Source: an uncultured Porphyromonadaceae bacterium
GTDB lineage: Bacteria > Bacteroidota > Bacteroidia > Bacteroidales > Muribaculaceae
Direction: 5' to 3'
Length of the DNA: 64,000 bases
NCBI GenBank assembly: GCA_937911575.1
Contig: CALDPR010000032.1
Span: 112,709-176,708, forward strand
Shown here: in pieces, positions 17,288-29,352 of the stretch
Layout: every line of letters begins with the position of its first letter
Numbering within the stretch: the first letter of the stretch is position 1
Position numbers and translations under genes: made by a program
The notes under the pieces: model-generated
Told to the model about the DNA's origin: nothing
What the model saw: only the letters and a program-made list of their open reading frames with translations
Databases searched by the model: none

Positions 17288-17346
17288 TGGCTCTCGGTTG
17301 AGTAAATGGCGTTAGAGAACGCTGTTGAAGATGTAAAAAGCAGCCA
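17288..17346 (+). promoter_or_regulatory. structured element in the 140-nt rpsL-rpsG spacer (candidate S7 operator)
   Basis: Closing helix TGGCT/AGCCA encloses hairpins CTC-GGTT-GAG and GCGTT-AGAG-AACGC. Confidence 0.3.
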
Positions 17347-17371
17347 AAAACAAAAACACAATTTTTAAAAA

Positions 17372-17848
17372 ATGAGAAAAGCAAAACCAAAGAAAAGAGT
17401 GATCCTTCCGGATCCTGTTTTTAATGATGTGCGAGTTACAAAATTCGTTAATCATCTAATGTATGACGGTAAAAAGAATACTGCTTATACAATTTTCTAT
17501 TCTGCTCTTGAGACTGTGAAGTCAAAATTGCCTAATGAAGAAAAAAGTGCATTGGAAATTTGGAAAAAAGCACTTGAAAACATTACTCCTCAAGTAGAGG
17601 TTAAATCTCGTCGTATCGGTGGTGCTACTTTCCAAGTGCCAACTGAAATTCGTCCTGATCGCAAGGAATCAATATCAATGAAAAATCTTATAATCTTCGC
17701 TCGCAAACGTGGCGGTAAGACAATGGCTGATAAATTGGCTGCTGAGATTGTTGATGCTTTCAATGATCAAGGTGGTGCGTTTAAACGTAAAGAGGATATG
17801 CACCGTATGGCTGAAGCTAACCGTGCATTTGCTCATTTCAGATTCTAA
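17372..17848 (+). CDS. rpsG: 30S ribosomal protein S7
   Basis: 158 aa, ..[23 protein letters not shown].. Confidence 0.97.
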   Translation: MRKAKPKKRVILPDPVFNDVRVTKFVNHLMYDGKKNTAYTIFYSALETVKSKLPNEEKSALEIWKKALENITPQVEVKSRRIGGATFQVPTEIRPDRKESISMKNLIIFARKRGGKTMADKLAAEIVDAFNDQGGAFKRKEDMHRMAEANRAFAHFRF

Positions 17849-17867
17849 TTATTGATAATTGACAAAA

Positions 17868-19997
17868 ATGGCAACAAAACAAGACGAACAATTAAAATAT
17901 ACCAGAAACATTGGTATTATGGCTCACATTGATGCCGGTAAAACAACGACATCTGAACGTATCCTTTTTTATACCGGATTGACACATAAGATTGGTGAAG
18001 TTCATGATGGTGCTGCTACAATGGACTGGATGGAGCAAGAACAAGAGCGTGGTATTACTATCACATCTGCTGCTACCACAGCTTTCTGGAAATATAACAA
18101 TGATAACTATAAAATCAACTTGATTGACACTCCGGGACACGTTGACTTTACTGTAGAGGTAGAGCGTTCATTGCGTATCCTTGATGGTGCTGTTGCTGCT
18201 TTCTGTGCTGTTGGTGGTGTTGAACCTCAATCTGAAACAGTATGGCGTCAAGCTGATAAATATAATGTGCCTCGTATCGGTTACGTTAATAAAATGGACC
18301 GTTCTGGTGCTAACTTCTTTGAAGTGGTTCGCCAAGTTCGTGAAGTGCTTGGAGCAAATCCTCTTCCAATTCAAATACCTATCGGTGCAGAAGAAACTTT
18401 CAAAGGGGTCGTTGACCTTGTAACTATGCAAGCTTATTTCTGGCACGATGAAACAATGGGAGCTGAATATTCTGTTGAAGAAATTCCGGCTAACTTGCTT
18501 CAAGAGGCAGAAGAATGGCGAGATAAAATGCTTGAAACTCTTGCTGAGTATGATGATGTCCTCATGGAAAAATATTTCGATGACCCATCAACAATAACAG
18601 TTGACGAAATCAAAGCATCAATTCGCAAAGCAACTTTGGCAATGAATGTTAATCCGATGATATGTGGTTCTTCATTCAAAAACAAAGGTGTGCAAACATT
18701 GTTAAATTCTGTATGTGCATATTTGCCATCTCCGGTTGATGCAGGTGCAATTGAAGGTCATTCAGTAGATGATTCTGAGAAAATAGAATCTCGTGAACCT
18801 AAATTCGAAGCTCCAATGAGTGCATTGGCATTTAAAATTGCAACAGACCCTTATGTAGGACGTTTGTGCTTCTTCCGTGTTTACTCTGGTCAAATAGATG
18901 CTGGAAGTTACGTTTTGAATACACGTTCAGGTAAAAAAGAACGTATATCACGTCTTTTCCAAATGCACTCAAATAAACAAAATCCTAAAGAATTCATCGG
19001 TTGTGGTGATATCGGTGCCGGAGTTGGATTTAAAGATATTCGCACAGGAGATACTCTTTGTGATGAAAATGCTCCAATAGTTCTTGAAGCAATGGAATTC
19101 CCTGATCCGGTGATTGGTATTGCAGTTGAGCCAAAAACTCAAAAAGACCTTGATAAACTTGGTGTCGGACTTCAAAAACTTGCTGAGGAAGATCCTACAT
19201 TCCGCGTAGAAACAAATGAAGAGACAGGACAAACTGTAATTAGTGGTATGGGTGAGCTTCACCTTGATATCATTATCGATCGTCTTCGTCGTGAGTTTAA
19301 AGTAGAATGTAATCAAGGACGTCCTCAAGTTACATATAAAGAAGCTATTACATCAGCAGTTGAGCTTCGTGAAACATTCAAAAAGCAAACCGGTGGACGT
19401 GGTAAATTTGCTGATATCATCGTTCGTGTAGAACCGGTAGACGAAGGTTTCGAAGGAAGTTTGCAATTTGTTGATGAAGTAAAGGGAGGTAACGTTCCAA
19501 AAGAATATATACCATCAGTTCAAAAAGGATTCCAAACAGCAATGAAGAATGGTGTCCTTGCAGGATATCCGGTAGAACAATTGAAAGTAACACTTATAGA
19601 TGGTAGTTATCACCCTGTTGACTCAGACCAATTGTCATTCGAATTATGTGCAATTCAAGCATTCAAAAAAGCTTGTGAAAAAGCAGGTCCGGTATTAATG
19701 GAGCCAATAATGAAAATAGAGGTTGTAACACCGGAAGAATCAATGGGTGATGTTATTGGAGACTTGAATAAACGTAGAGGTCAAGTTGAAGGAATGGAAA
19801 CAAGCCGTAGTGGTGCTCGCATAGTAAAAGCTAAATCTCCACTTGCAGAAATGTTTGGTTACGTAACTGCATTGCGTACAATTACATCAGGTCGTGCAAC
19901 ATCTACAATGACTTTCTCTCACTATGCAGAAGTAAGCACTTCAATTGCTAAAACTGTGCTTACAGAAGTTCAAGGAAGAGTTGATTTATTGAAATAA
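17868..19997 (+). CDS. fusA: elongation factor G
   Basis: GTPase motifs [17 protein letters not shown] and NKMD. Start at ATG 17868; the track start at 17859 is TTG. Confidence 0.97.
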   Translation: MATKQDEQLKYTRNIGIMAHIDAGKTTTSERILFYTGLTHKIGEVHDGAATMDWMEQEQERGITITSAATTAFWKYNNDNYKINLIDTPGHVDFTVEVERSLRILDGAVAAFCAVGGVEPQSETVWRQADKYNVPRIGYVNKMDRSGANFFEVVRQVREVLGANPLPIQIPIGAEETFKGVVDLVTMQAYFWHDETMGAEYSVEEIPANLLQEAEEWRDKMLETLAEYDDVLMEKYFDDPSTITVDEIKASIRKATLAMNVNPMICGSSFKNKGVQTLLNSVCAYLPSPVDAGAIEGHSVDDSEKIESREPKFEAPMSALAFKIATDPYVGRLCFFRVYSGQIDAGSYVLNTRSGKKERISRLFQMHSNKQNPKEFIGCGDIGAGVGFKDIRTGDTLCDENAPIVLEAMEFPDPVIGIAVEPKTQKDLDKLGVGLQKLAEEDPTFRVETNEETGQTVISGMGELHLDIIIDRLRREFKVECNQGRPQVTYKEAITSAVELRETFKKQTGGRGKFADIIVRVEPVDEGFEGSLQFVDEVKGGNVPKEYIPSVQKGFQTAMKNGVLAGYPVEQLKVTLIDGSYHPVDSDQLSFELCAIQAFKKACEKAGPVLMEPIMKIEVVTPEESMGDVIGDLNKRRGQVEGMETSRSGARIVKAKSPLAEMFGYVTALRTITSGRATSTMTFSHYAEVSTSIAKTVLTEVQGRVDLLK

Positions 19998-20012
19998 TTT
20001 ATCTAAAAAAAT

Positions 20013-20318
20013 ATGAGCCAAAAAATCAGAATTAAATTAAAATCTTACGATCACAACTTAGTTGATAAATCAGCTGAGAAGATTGTAAAGACAGTTAAGG
20101 CTACAGGTGCAGTAGTAAGTGGTCCAATTCCACTTCCTACTCACAAACGTATCTTTACTGTTAACCGTTCGACTTTCGTAAACAAAAAGTCTCGCGAACA
20201 ATTTCAATTATCTTCATTCCAACGCCTAATCGACATTTACAGTTCAACTTCAAAGACAGTAGATGCTTTGATGAAATTGGAATTGCCAAGTGGTGTTGAT
20301 GTATCAATTAAAGTGTGA
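20013..20318 (+). CDS. rpsJ: 30S ribosomal protein S10
   Basis: 101 aa, [18 protein letters not shown]..., 15 nt after the fusA stop. Confidence 0.97.
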   Translation: MSQKIRIKLKSYDHNLVDKSAEKIVKTVKATGAVVSGPIPLPTHKRIFTVNRSTFVNKKSREQFQLSSFQRLIDIYSSTSKTVDALMKLELPSGVDVSIKV

Positions 20319-20340
20319 TAAAATTTAAAAATTAGTAGAA

Positions 20341-20958
20341 ATGCCAGGATTATTAGGAAAGAAAATCGGAATGACATCCGTGTTCAGTGCCGACGGTAAA
20401 AATGTACCGTGCACTGTTATCGAAGTAGGTCCTTGTGTAGTTACTCAAATCAAGACATTAGAAAAAGATGGCTATGAAGCAGTTCAGTTGGGTTTCCAAG
20501 ACAAAAAAGAGAAACATACAACTAAACCTGAAGCCGGACATTTCAAAAAAGCAGGAGTAGCTCCAAAGAGACACTTGGCCGAGTTCAAATCATTTGACAA
20601 TGCACTAGAATTGGGTGCGACAGTTACAGTAGACATTTTCGAAGAAGGTGGATTCGTAGACGTTGTCGGCACTTCAAAAGGTAAAGGTTTCCAAGGTGTT
20701 GTAAAACGCCACGGATTCGGTGGTGTTGGTCAAAAAACTCATGGTCAACATAATCGTTTGCGTGCTCCGGGTGCTATCGGTGCATGTTCATACCCGGCAA
20801 AAGTATTCAAAGGAATGCGTATGGCTGGTCAAACAGGAAACCAACGTGTTACAGTTCAAAACCTTCAAGTAATTAAGGTTATGCCTGAACACAATTTGTT
20901 AATGATTAAGGGTTCTATCCCAGGAAGTAAAGGTTCAATCGTTATAGTTGAGAAATAA
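20341..20958 (+). CDS. rplC: 50S ribosomal protein L3
   Basis: [13 protein letters not shown].. and ..[13 protein letters not shown].. Confidence 0.97.
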   Translation: MPGLLGKKIGMTSVFSADGKNVPCTVIEVGPCVVTQIKTLEKDGYEAVQLGFQDKKEKHTTKPEAGHFKKAGVAPKRHLAEFKSFDNALELGATVTVDIFEEGGFVDVVGTSKGKGFQGVVKRHGFGGVGQKTHGQHNRLRAPGAIGACSYPAKVFKGMRMAGQTGNQRVTVQNLQVIKVMPEHNLLMIKGSIPGSKGSIVIVEK

Positions 20959-21593
20959 TGGAAATAGCAGTATATAATATTAAAGGAGAAGACACAGGGC
21001 GTAAAATCACTCTGAACGACGAGGTTTTTGCTATTAAGCCAGGAAACGATGCTAATCCAGAGCATACAGTTTATCTCGACGTTAAACAATATCTTGCAAA
21101 CCAAAGACAAGGTACACACAAAAGTAAAGAACGCAGCGAAATTGCAGGTTCAACACGCAAGTTAGGTCGTCAAAAAGGTGGCGGTGGTGCTCGTCGTGGT
21201 GATATTAACTCTCCGGTTCTTATTGGTGGTGGCCGCGTATTTGGTCCTCAACCACGTGACTATAGATTTAAAATCAATAAAAAAGTGAAAGCTTTGGCTC
21301 GTAAACTTGCTCTCACTACTAAAGCACAAAATAACGAGATAATTGTTGTTGAAAACTTTACTTTCGACGCTCCAAAGACTAAAAATTACCTCGAAATAGC
21401 AAAAAATCTTAAAATTGAGGATAAAAAAGTGCTTTTGGTTTTGCCAGAAGAAAATAAAAACGTATATTTGTCTGTTCGAAATCTTCCAAAGGTAAATGCA
21501 ATGGTTGCAAGAGAACTAAACACATATGTTGTTTTGAACAATAAGGCACTTTTATTGATGGAAGATAGCGTGAATCAAATTAATCAATTTTAA
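20958..21593 (+). CDS. rplD: 50S ribosomal protein L4
   Basis: ..[16 protein letters not shown].. and operon position. Confidence 0.95.
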   Translation: MEIAVYNIKGEDTGRKITLNDEVFAIKPGNDANPEHTVYLDVKQYLANQRQGTHKSKERSEIAGSTRKLGRQKGGGGARRGDINSPVLIGGGRVFGPQPRDYRFKINKKVKALARKLALTTKAQNNEIIVVENFTFDAPKTKNYLEIAKNLKIEDKKVLLVLPEENKNVYLSVRNLPKVNAMVARELNTYVVLNNKALLLMEDSVNQINQF

Positions 21594-21613
21594 TTCAAAG
21601 GAGATATAGAAAA

Positions 21614-21904
21614 ATGGACATAAAAATCAAACCAATCGTAACAGAAAAAGCTACAGCTTTGACTGAAAAACGCAATTGTTACACATTTGCAGTGTCTCCT
21701 GACGCAAATAAATTTCAAATCAAACATTTGATTGAACAAATGTATGATGTAAAAGTGGTTAAGGTGAACACAGCTAACTTTGCAGGTAAAAGAAAACAAC
21801 GCTATACGAAAGCAGGTCTTATTAAAGGACACACAGCTGCTTTCAAGAAAGCTTTAGTTTCTTTAGCTGAAGGACAGACTATTGATTATTATAGCAATCT
21901 TTAA
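21614..21904 (+). CDS. rplW: 50S ribosomal protein L23
   Basis: 96 aa, ..IKPIVTEKA.. and operon position. Confidence 0.95.
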   Translation: MDIKIKPIVTEKATALTEKRNCYTFAVSPDANKFQIKHLIEQMYDVKVVKVNTANFAGKRKQRYTKAGLIKGHTAAFKKALVSLAEGQTIDYYSNL

Positions 21905-21912
21905 TTAAAATA

Positions 21913-22740
21913 ATGGCAGTAAAAAAATTTAAGCCCACAACACCGGGGCAAAGACACAAAATTATTGGTGTATTTAAAGGAACAATCACTGCTACTACAC
22001 CAGAAAAATCTCTTACAGTAGGAAAACTTTCTACTGGAGGTCGTAATTCAGAAGGCCATTTGACTACTCGCTATCGTGGTGGTGGTCATAAGCGTAAATT
22101 CCGTATCATCGACTTCAAGAGAAATAAAGACGGTGTGCCGGCAGTTGTAAAAAGTATCGAGTATGATCCAAATCGCTCAGCTCGAATTGCACTTCTTTAC
22201 TATGTCGATGGAACAAAAACTTACATCATTGCTCCAAACGGTTTAGAAGTTGGAACAAAATTAGTAAGTGGACCAGATGCAGCTCCTGAAGTTGGAAATG
22301 CATTACCATTAAGTAAAATACCTGTAGGTACTTTAATCCATTGTATTGAACTTCGTCCGGGTCAAGGAGCATCTATGGCTCGTTCAGCCGGTACGTTCGC
22401 ACAGTTGACATCGCGTGAAGGTAACTACGCGATTATCAAATTACCTTCGGGAGAAACTCGTAAAGTCCTCTTGGCTTGTAAAGCTACAGTAGGTGTAGTA
22501 GGAAACTCAGACCACGCTCTTGAACGTTCCGGTAAAGCAGGTCGTTCACGTTGGTTGGGACGTCGTCCTCACAACCGTGGTGTCGTTATGAACCCTGTTG
22601 ATCACCCGATGGGTGGTGGTGAAGGTCGTGCTTCCGGTGGTCATCCACGTTCACGCACAGGCTTGTATGCTAAAGGCTTGAAGACTCGTGCTCCGAAGAA
22701 GACCTCTTCTAAGTATATAATTGAAAGAAGGAAAAAGTAA
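21913..22740 (+). CDS. rplB: 50S ribosomal protein L2
   Basis: ..[12 protein letters not shown].. and ..[13 protein letters not shown].. Confidence 0.97.
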   Translation: MAVKKFKPTTPGQRHKIIGVFKGTITATTPEKSLTVGKLSTGGRNSEGHLTTRYRGGGHKRKFRIIDFKRNKDGVPAVVKSIEYDPNRSARIALLYYVDGTKTYIIAPNGLEVGTKLVSGPDAAPEVGNALPLSKIPVGTLIHCIELRPGQGASMARSAGTFAQLTSREGNYAIIKLPSGETRKVLLACKATVGVVGNSDHALERSGKAGRSRWLGRRPHNRGVVMNPVDHPMGGGEGRASGGHPRSRTGLYAKGLKTRAPKKTSSKYIIERRKK

Positions 22741-22760
22741 ATTTGATTAATTAAACAACT

Positions 22761-23030
22761 ATGAGTCGTTCATTAAAAAAAGGACCATTTATCAGTGTAA
22801 AGCTTGAGAAAAAGGTTAATGCTATGGAAGAATCAGGCAAAAAGTCAGTTATCAAGACTTGGAGTCGTGCTTCTATGATATCACCTGACTTTGTAGGTCA
22901 TACTTTTGCAGTACACAATGGTAATAAGTTTATTCCTGTTTACGTAACTGAAAACATGGTAGGACACAAGCTTGGTGAATTTGCACCAACTCGCAACTTC
23001 CGTGGACATGGTGGTAACAAGAAAAAATAA
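22761..23030 (+). CDS. rpsS: 30S ribosomal protein S19
   Basis: [10 protein letters not shown].. and ..[16 protein letters not shown].. Confidence 0.97.
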   Translation: MSRSLKKGPFISVKLEKKVNAMEESGKKSVIKTWSRASMISPDFVGHTFAVHNGNKFIPVYVTENMVGHKLGEFAPTRNFRGHGGNKKK

Positions 23031-23073
23031 TGGCCCGTAATATAAATTCAAGAAAAAATAAGAATAAAATACA

Positions 23074-23481
23074 ATGGGTGTAAGAAAAAGACAATCAGCT
23101 GAAAATATTAAGGAAGCTCGCAAAACGCAATATTTTGCAAAATTGCGTAACGTGCCAACTTCTCCACGTAAAATGCGTTTAGTTGCTGATATGGTACGTG
23201 GTCAAGAAGTATTTAAAGCACTAGGAATCCTTAAATTCTCAAATAAAGAGGCTGCTCAACGAGTAGAAAAACTACTTCGTTCGGCAATCGCTAACTGGGA
23301 GCAAAAGAACGAAAGAAAAGCTGAGCAAGGAGAATTATTCATCACTACTATATTTGTAGATTGTGCTCCGATGCTCAAACGTCTTCGTCCGGCTCCACAA
23401 GGTAGAGGTTATAGAATTCGTAAACGCTCTAACCATGTTACATTGTTTGTGGATACAAAAGATAATAACGCTAAAGCTTAA
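23074..23481 (+). CDS. rplV: 50S ribosomal protein L22
   Basis: ..[17 protein letters not shown].. and operon position. Confidence 0.95.
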   Translation: MGVRKRQSAENIKEARKTQYFAKLRNVPTSPRKMRLVADMVRGQEVFKALGILKFSNKEAAQRVEKLLRSAIANWEQKNERKAEQGELFITTIFVDCAPMLKRLRPAPQGRGYRIRKRSNHVTLFVDTKDNNAKA

Positions 23482-23491
23482 ATAAAAGAAG

Positions 23492-24226
23492 ATGGGACAA
23501 AAAGTAAATCCAATTAGTAATCGTCTTGGCGTAATACGTGGCTGGGACTCTAACTGGTACGGTGGTAATAAATATGGTGAAACGCTATTAGAAGATAGCA
23601 AAATCCGTAAATATCTCCAAACTCGTCTTGCTAAAGCAAGCGTATCGCGTATCATTATTGAGCGTACTTTGAAGATGGTAACAGTTACAATCTGTACATC
23701 TCGTCCGGGTATGATTATCGGTAAAGGTGGTAAAGATGTTGATACTTTAAAAGAAGAATTAAAGAAACTTACATCTAAAGAAGTACAAATTAACATTTAC
23801 GAAATTAAGAGACCTGAATTCGACGCAGAAATTGTTGCTGCCAATGTAGCACGACAAATCGAAAATAAAGTAGCATATCGTCGTGCAGTTAAAATGGCTA
23901 TTGCTTCAACAATGCGTATGGGAGCTGAAGGTATCAAAATTCAAGTAAGTGGTCGTTTGAATGGTGCTGAAATGGCTCGTTCTGAAATGTTTAAAGAAGG
24001 ACGTACACCTCTTCATACACTACGTGCTGACATAGACTATGCTTTAGTTGAAGCACTTACAAAAGTAGGTATTATCGGTGTAAAAGTTTGGATTTGCCGT
24101 GGTGAAGTTTACGGAAAACGTGAATTGACACCTCAATACGTTGTTGCAAATAAAGAAAACGGACGTGGTCAAGGCAAAGGTGGACGTAAAGGTGGTTTCA
24201 GCAATAAGAAAAACAACAATCGTTAA
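23492..24226 (+). CDS. rpsC: 30S ribosomal protein S3
   Basis: [13 protein letters not shown].. with a KH domain. Confidence 0.97.
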   Translation: MGQKVNPISNRLGVIRGWDSNWYGGNKYGETLLEDSKIRKYLQTRLAKASVSRIIIERTLKMVTVTICTSRPGMIIGKGGKDVDTLKEELKKLTSKEVQINIYEIKRPEFDAEIVAANVARQIENKVAYRRAVKMAIASTMRMGAEGIKIQVSGRLNGAEMARSEMFKEGRTPLHTLRADIDYALVEALTKVGIIGVKVWICRGEVYGKRELTPQYVVANKENGRGQGKGGRKGGFSNKKNNNR

Positions 24227-24242
24227 AAATTAGCACAGAACA

Positions 24243-24674
24243 ATGTTACAACCAAAGAAAACCAAATATCGCAGATCGCAAAAGGGCCGCATGAAAGGTG
24301 AGGCTCAACGCGGAAATCAGCTTGCTTTTGGCTCATTCGGAATCAAAACGTTGGAAGCTAAATGGATCACAGGACGTCAAATTGAGGCTGCTCGTATCGC
24401 TGTAACACGCTACATGCAACGTCAAGGACAAATATGGATTCGTATCTTCCCTGATAAACCGATTACAAAGAAGCCTGCTGAAGTACGTATGGGTAAAGGT
24501 AAAGGTAATCCGGAAGGATATGTTGCGCCAGTTACTCCAGGACGTATTATTATTGAAGTTGAGGGTGTAAGTTACGATATTGCTAAAGAAGCACTTCGTC
24601 TTGCAGCTCAAAAACTCCCTGTAGTTACTAAATTCGTTGTGAGAAGAGATTACGATCCATCTCAAAACGTGTAA
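24243..24674 (+). CDS. rplP: 50S ribosomal protein L16
   Basis: [19 protein letters not shown].. Confidence 0.97.
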   Translation: MLQPKKTKYRRSQKGRMKGEAQRGNQLAFGSFGIKTLEAKWITGRQIEAARIAVTRYMQRQGQIWIRIFPDKPITKKPAEVRMGKGKGNPEGYVAPVTPGRIIIEVEGVSYDIAKEALRLAAQKLPVVTKFVVRRDYDPSQNV

Positions 24675-24692
24675 TTATAAATAAATAAAACA

Positions 24693-24911
24693 ATGAAAAA
24701 GGAAGAAATCAAGGAATTAAGCATCAAAGATCTCAAAGCTCAAATCGAGATTGCAGAAAAAGCTTATCGTGAATTGAAAGTAACGCACGCGATATCTCCT
24801 ATAGACAATCCCGCGAAGATCACAATAGATCGTCGCGAGATTGCTCGTCTGAAGACCGTGTTGCGTCAAAAAGAAATTGCTGCAGAAATGGAGCAAGTAG
24901 TAGTTGAATAA
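24693..24911 (+). CDS. rpmC: 50S ribosomal protein L29
   Basis: 72 aa, coiled-coil, operon position after L16. Confidence 0.93.
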   Translation: MKKEEIKELSIKDLKAQIEIAEKAYRELKVTHAISPIDNPAKITIDRREIARLKTVLRQKEIAAEMEQVVVE

Positions 24912-24933
24912 TCCCATTAAGTATTTAAAGAAA

Positions 24934-25194
24934 ATGGAACAAAAAAGACATTTAAGAAAAGAAAGAATTGGGGTTGTTTCTAGCAACAAAGGTGATAAGA
25001 CAATCACTGTTGAGATTAAGTGGAAAGAGAAACATCCTATCTATGGTAAGTTTGTCAATAAGACAAAGAAGTATCATGCTCACGACGAAAAGAATGAGTG
25101 TTCAATCGGCGATACAGTTCGTTTGATGGAAACTCGTCCGTTGAGTAAGACAAAGAGATGGAGACTTGTAGAAATAATCGAAAAAGTTAAGTAA
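24934..25194 (+). CDS. rpsQ: 30S ribosomal protein S17
   Basis: ..[19 protein letters not shown]... Start at ATG 24934. The track start at 24904 overlaps the rpmC end. Confidence 0.95.
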   Translation: MEQKRHLRKERIGVVSSNKGDKTITVEIKWKEKHPIYGKFVNKTKKYHAHDEKNECSIGDTVRLMETRPLSKTKRWRLVEIIEKVK

Positions 25195-25196
25195 TT

Positions 25197-25562
25197 ATGA
25201 TACAGAGTGAATCACGTTTGACAGTTGCAGATAACAGTGGCGCAAAAGAAGCACTGTGTATCCATGTTCTTGGCGGTACTGGTCGCCGTTACGCTTCAGT
25301 TGGCGATATAATTGTAGTTTCGGTTAAGAGCGTTATCCCTTCATCAGACGTTAAGAAGGGTACAGTATCAAAAGCAGTTGTAGTTCGTACGAAAAAAGAA
25401 ATTCGTCGTGCAGACGGAAGTTATATTCGTTTCGACGACAATGCATGTGTGTTATTGAATAATGCCGGTGAGATTCGTGGCAGTCGTATCTTCGGACCTG
25501 TGGCTCGTGAATTGCGTGCTACAAACATGAAGATTGTGTCACTTGCTCCTGAAGTTCTCTAA
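25197..25562 (+). CDS. rplN: 50S ribosomal protein L14
   Basis: [18 protein letters not shown].. Confidence 0.97.
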   Translation: MIQSESRLTVADNSGAKEALCIHVLGGTGRRYASVGDIIVVSVKSVIPSSDVKKGTVSKAVVVRTKKEIRRADGSYIRFDDNACVLLNNAGEIRGSRIFGPVARELRATNMKIVSLAPEVL

Positions 25563-25582
25563 TCAGATAAATGTAAATAGTA

Positions 25583-25903
25583 ATGGCAAAATTACATATA
25601 AAAAAGGGTGATACAGTCAGCGTTCTTGCTGGCAATGATAAAGGCAAGACTGGACGTGTCCTTTCAGTATTGGTTAAGAAAAACCGTGCTATTGTTGAGG
25701 GCATCAACATTGTCTCTAAAAGCACAAAACCCAGTGCTAAATATCCACAAGGTGGTATTGTGAAAGTAGAAGCTCCTGTACACATTTCTAATCTAAATCT
25801 CGTTGATCCAAAGACTGGAAAGCCTACTCGTATCGGTCGTCGATTGAATGATGCAGGAAAATTAGTTCGTTATTCTAAAAAATCAGGAGAGGAGATTAAG
25901 TAA
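25583..25903 (+). CDS. rplX: 50S ribosomal protein L24
   Basis: ..[23 protein letters not shown].. (KOW motif). Confidence 0.96.
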   Translation: MAKLHIKKGDTVSVLAGNDKGKTGRVLSVLVKKNRAIVEGINIVSKSTKPSAKYPQGGIVKVEAPVHISNLNLVDPKTGKPTRIGRRLNDAGKLVRYSKKSGEEIK

Positions 25904-26448
25904 TGAGTACAACACTTAGCAAAGAATACAAGGAACGTATTGTTCCTGCTCTTACTAAAGAGTTCAACTATTCAACAGTGATGCAAGTTCCAAGACTAAA
26001 AAAGATTGTAATCAATCAAGGTATTGGAGCAGCAACTCAAGATAAAAAATTGATTGAAACATCAATCAATGAATTAACAGCAATCACAGGTCAAAAAGCA
26101 GTTGCAACTCTTTCACGTAAGGATATTTCAAACTTTAAATTGCGTAAGAAAATGCCTGTTGGTGTAATGGTAACATTACGTCGTGACAGAATGTATGAAT
26201 TCCTCGAAAGATTGATTCGTGTTGCGTTACCACGTATTCGCGACTTCAAAGGAATTAATGCAAAATTTGATGGAAGAGGAAATTATACACTCGGAATCAC
26301 TGAGCAAATTATTTTCCCAGAAATCAACATTGATAGCGTATCAAAAATGATGGGTATGAACATTACATTCGTTACATCTGCAAATACAGATGAAGAAGGT
26401 TATGCTCTACTTAAACAATTTGGGCTTCCATTTAAAAACGAAAAATAA
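25903..26448 (+). CDS. rplE: 50S ribosomal protein L5
   Basis: ..[13 protein letters not shown].. and ..[17 protein letters not shown].. Confidence 0.97.
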   Translation: MSTTLSKEYKERIVPALTKEFNYSTVMQVPRLKKIVINQGIGAATQDKKLIETSINELTAITGQKAVATLSRKDISNFKLRKKMPVGVMVTLRRDRMYEFLERLIRVALPRIRDFKGINAKFDGRGNYTLGITEQIIFPEINIDSVSKMMGMNITFVTSANTDEEGYALLKQFGLPFKNEK

Positions 26449-26451
26449 GAT

Positions 26452-26754
26452 ATGGCAAAAGAATCAATGAAAGCACGCGAGGTTAAGCGTCAAAGAATGG
26501 TTGCTAAATATGCTGAACGTAAGGCAGCTTTGAAGAAAGCTGCACTTGCAGATGAAAATGGCAACATTGATTATGAGGCATTGACAAAATTACAAAAAAT
26601 GCCTAAGAATGCGTCTCGCGTACGTCTTCACAACCGTTGTTCAATCACAGGCCGTCCGAAAGGATATATGCGTCAGTTCGGGATTTCACGTATTCAATTC
26701 CGTGAAATGGCTTCTGCAGGATTAATTCCGGGAGTAAAGAAGGCAAGTTGGTAA
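26452..26754 (+). CDS. rpsN: 30S ribosomal protein S14, long form without the Cys4 zinc knuckle
   Basis: 100 aa, ..[28 protein letters not shown]... Only one Cys. Confidence 0.95.
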   Translation: MAKESMKAREVKRQRMVAKYAERKAALKKAALADENGNIDYEALTKLQKMPKNASRVRLHNRCSITGRPKGYMRQFGISRIQFREMASAGLIPGVKKASW

Positions 26755-26839
26755 TGATAATTACTTTAGAAAAGAGAAAATTAATTTAGTGAGTATTAAA
26801 TATTGTTCAGAAATCTGAATCAATTTAAACATCAAAAAA

Positions 26840-27238
26840 ATGACTGATCCAATAGCAGATTATTTGACAAGATTAAGGAACGCAATCAAGGCGGGACATC
26901 GCGTGGTTGAAGTTCCATCGTCAAAAATGAAAAAGGAGATCACAAAAATCTTGTTTGAACAAGGCTACATTCTTAACTACAAGTTTGTAGAAGGTGAAAC
27001 TCCTGCTGGTGTAATTAAAATTGCACTTAAGTATGATCCTGTTGACAAGGTGAATGCGATTAAGAATCTTCATCGTGTGTCACGTCCGGGACTTCGTCAA
27101 TACACAGGTTATAAAGAAATGCCACGTGTATTGAATGGTTTAGGTATTGCCATTCTTTCAACTTCTCAAGGTGTAATGACAAACAAAGAAGCAAAAGAAA
27201 GAAAAATTGGTGGCGAAGTATTATGTTATGTTTATTAA
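26840..27238 (+). CDS. rpsH: 30S ribosomal protein S8
   Basis: MTDPIADYLTRLRNA.. Confidence 0.97.
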   Translation: MTDPIADYLTRLRNAIKAGHRVVEVPSSKMKKEITKILFEQGYILNYKFVEGETPAGVIKIALKYDPVDKVNAIKNLHRVSRPGLRQYTGYKEMPRVLNGLGIAILSTSQGVMTNKEAKERKIGGEVLCYVY

Positions 27239-27256
27239 TGAAAAGGAGGTATTACA

Positions 27257-27811
27257 ATGTCAAGAATAGGTAAAGCACCCATACAAATACCTGCCGGCGT
27301 AAGCATTCAGGTTAAAGATAACGTAGTAACAGTAAAGGGCCCAAAAGGAGAACTTTCACAAGCAGTCAATCCTGACATAGAAGTTAAGGTAGAAGAAGGC
27401 GTGATTACATTCTCTCGTCCGACAGATAATCGCGAACATCGTGCAATGCATGGTCTTTATCGTGCGTTGGTAAACAATATGGTTGTCGGTGTATCAGAAG
27501 GATACAAGAAAGAGATGGAATTAGTCGGTGTAGGATATCGTGCTACATCAACAGGACAAGTTTTAGAATTGGCTCTCGGTTTCTCTCATGCCATTTATAT
27601 CAAAATGCCAAAAGAGATAAAAGTAGAAGCTAAAACAGAAAGAAATAAGAATCCGCTTATTATCCTTGAATCGGCAGATAAACAACTACTTGGTCAAGTA
27701 TGTGCAAAGATTCGCTCATTGCGTAAACCTGAACCATATAAAGGAAAAGGTATCAAGTTTGTTGGTGAAATTATTCGTCGTAAGTCAGGAAAATCAGCAA
27801 GTGCTAAATAA
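27257..27811 (+). CDS. rplF: 50S ribosomal protein L6
   Basis: MSRIGKAPIQIPAGV.. Confidence 0.97.
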   Translation: MSRIGKAPIQIPAGVSIQVKDNVVTVKGPKGELSQAVNPDIEVKVEEGVITFSRPTDNREHRAMHGLYRALVNNMVVGVSEGYKKEMELVGVGYRATSTGQVLELALGFSHAIYIKMPKEIKVEAKTERNKNPLIILESADKQLLGQVCAKIRSLRKPEPYKGKGIKFVGEIIRRKSGKSASAK

Positions 27812-27827
27812 TTAAATCAAGTAAATC

Positions 27828-28169
27828 ATGGTATCTAAGATAGCAAGAAGAAATAAGATTAAAACGCGTATTCGCGGTAAAATATCTGGCACTGCTCAAC
27901 GTCCACGTATGACAGTATTTCGCAGTAACAAAGCCATATATGTACAACTAATTGATGACCTTGCAGGAAAAACATTGTGTGCAGCTTCATCAAAAGGGAT
28001 AACAGAAGGCACAAAAATTGAGGTGTCAGAAAAAGTTGGAGAAGCAGTAGCAAAGAAAGCGTTGGAAATGGGTATCACACAAGTAGTGTTTGACCGTAAT
28101 GGTTACCTATTCCACGGAAGAGTTAAATCATTGGCCGATGCAGCACGTAAGGCCGGTCTTAAATTTTAA
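27828..28169 (+). CDS. rplR: 50S ribosomal protein L18
   Basis: ..[20 protein letters not shown].. and ..[13 protein letters not shown].. Confidence 0.96.
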   Translation: MVSKIARRNKIKTRIRGKISGTAQRPRMTVFRSNKAIYVQLIDDLAGKTLCAASSKGITEGTKIEVSEKVGEAVAKKALEMGITQVVFDRNGYLFHGRVKSLADAARKAGLKF

Positions 28170-28176
28170 TTGAATC

Positions 28177-28698
28177 ATGGTAAATAAGAATAACAGAGTA
28201 AAGACAACAAATGATTTGGAATTGAAAGACCGTCTTGTAGCCATTAATCGTGTAACAAAAGTTACAAAAGGTGGACGTGCTTTCAGTTTTGCCGCAATCG
28301 TAGTCGTAGGAAACGAAGACGGAATTGTAGGTTGGGGCTTAGGTAAAGCTAATGAGGTTACTGCAGCGATAGCTAAAGGAGCAGAAGCTGCTAAAAAGAA
28401 CTTAATTCGTGTTCCTATTAATAAAGGGACAATTCCACACGAGCAAAATGCTAAATTCGGTGGATCAAGAGTGTTCTTGAAGCCTGCATCTATCGGTACT
28501 GGAGTGAAAGCCGGTGGTGCTATGCGTGCAGTATTTGAAAGTGTTGGTATTACCGACGTGCTTGCAAAATCTAAGGGATCATCAAATCCACACAACCTCG
28601 TGAAGGCTACAATCGCAGCACTTGCAGAAATGAGAAGTCCTGCACAAGTGGCACAAAATCGTGGTATTTCTGTGGAAAAAGTGTTTAACGGCAAATAA
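28177..28698 (+). CDS. rpsE: 30S ribosomal protein S5
   Basis: ..[26 protein letters not shown].. Confidence 0.97.
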   Translation: MVNKNNRVKTTNDLELKDRLVAINRVTKVTKGGRAFSFAAIVVVGNEDGIVGWGLGKANEVTAAIAKGAEAAKKNLIRVPINKGTIPHEQNAKFGGSRVFLKPASIGTGVKAGGAMRAVFESVGITDVLAKSKGSSNPHNLVKATIAALAEMRSPAQVAQNRGISVEKVFNGK

Positions 28699-28706
28699 TA
28701 AGGAAG

Positions 28707-28886
28707 ATGGCAACAATAAAAATCAAACAAATTAAGAGCCGCATCAATTGCCCAAAAGATCAAAAACGAACACTTGATGCACTTGGATTGAGAAAAATGA
28801 ACCAAATAGTAGAGAAAGAAAATAATCCTGCTATTATGGGAATGGTAAAAAAAGTACATCACTTAGTAGAAGTGATCAACGCCTAA
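28707..28886 (+). CDS. rpmD: 50S ribosomal protein L30 (59 aa, below the ORF-track cut-off)
   Basis: Manual translation MATIKIKQIKSRINCPKDQKRTLDALGLRKMNQIVEKENNPAIMGMVKKVHHLVEVINA. Position between S5 and L15. Confidence 0.93.
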   Translation: MATIKIKQIKSRINCPKDQKRTLDALGLRKMNQIVEKENNPAIMGMVKKVHHLVEVINA

Positions 28887-28899
28887 AAAGTAGAAAAAG

Positions 28900-29346
28900 A
28901 TGGATTTAAGTAATTTACAACCTGCGGTTGGAAGCAACAAATCAAGAAAAAGAATTGGTCGTGGACCAGGTTCGGGCTACGGTGGTACTTCTACACGTGG
29001 TCATAAAGGTGCTAAATCACGTTCAGGCTACAAACATAAAGTAGGTTTTGAGGGTGGTCAAATGCCATTGCAACGTCGTTTGCCAAAATTTGGTTTCAAG
29101 AACTTTGCACGTGTTGAATATAAAGCTATTAACCTTAATGTTCTTGAGGACTTGGCAACAGCTAAGAATCTTACAAAAATTACGGTTGCTGATTTATTGG
29201 CAGCAGGATTAGTGTCAAAGAATCAACTTGTCAAAATACTTGGAAATGGAGCTTTGACAAAAGCTTTAGAAGTTGAGGCTAATGCTTTCTCAAAGAAAGC
29301 TGAAGATGCAATCACTGCAGCTGGTGGAACTGTAACTAAAATGTAA
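28900..29346 (+). CDS. rplO: 50S ribosomal protein L15
   Basis: ..[20 protein letters not shown].. Confidence 0.96.
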   Translation: MDLSNLQPAVGSNKSRKRIGRGPGSGYGGTSTRGHKGAKSRSGYKHKVGFEGGQMPLQRRLPKFGFKNFARVEYKAINLNVLEDLATAKNLTKITVADLLAAGLVSKNQLVKILGNGALTKALEVEANAFSKKAEDAITAAGGTVTKM

Positions 29347-29352
29347 TAAACA

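Noticed and set aside
28128-28862. 244-aa ORF on the minus strand across rplR, rpsE and rpmD.
   Set aside because: It is antisense to three unmistakable ribosomal protein genes and its translation is low-complexity and hydrophobic. This is a classic shadow ORF. The same applies to 23335-23796, 24333-24665, 24717-25007, 32348-32686, 34507-34983, 17892-18140, 18168-18503 and 18969-19328.
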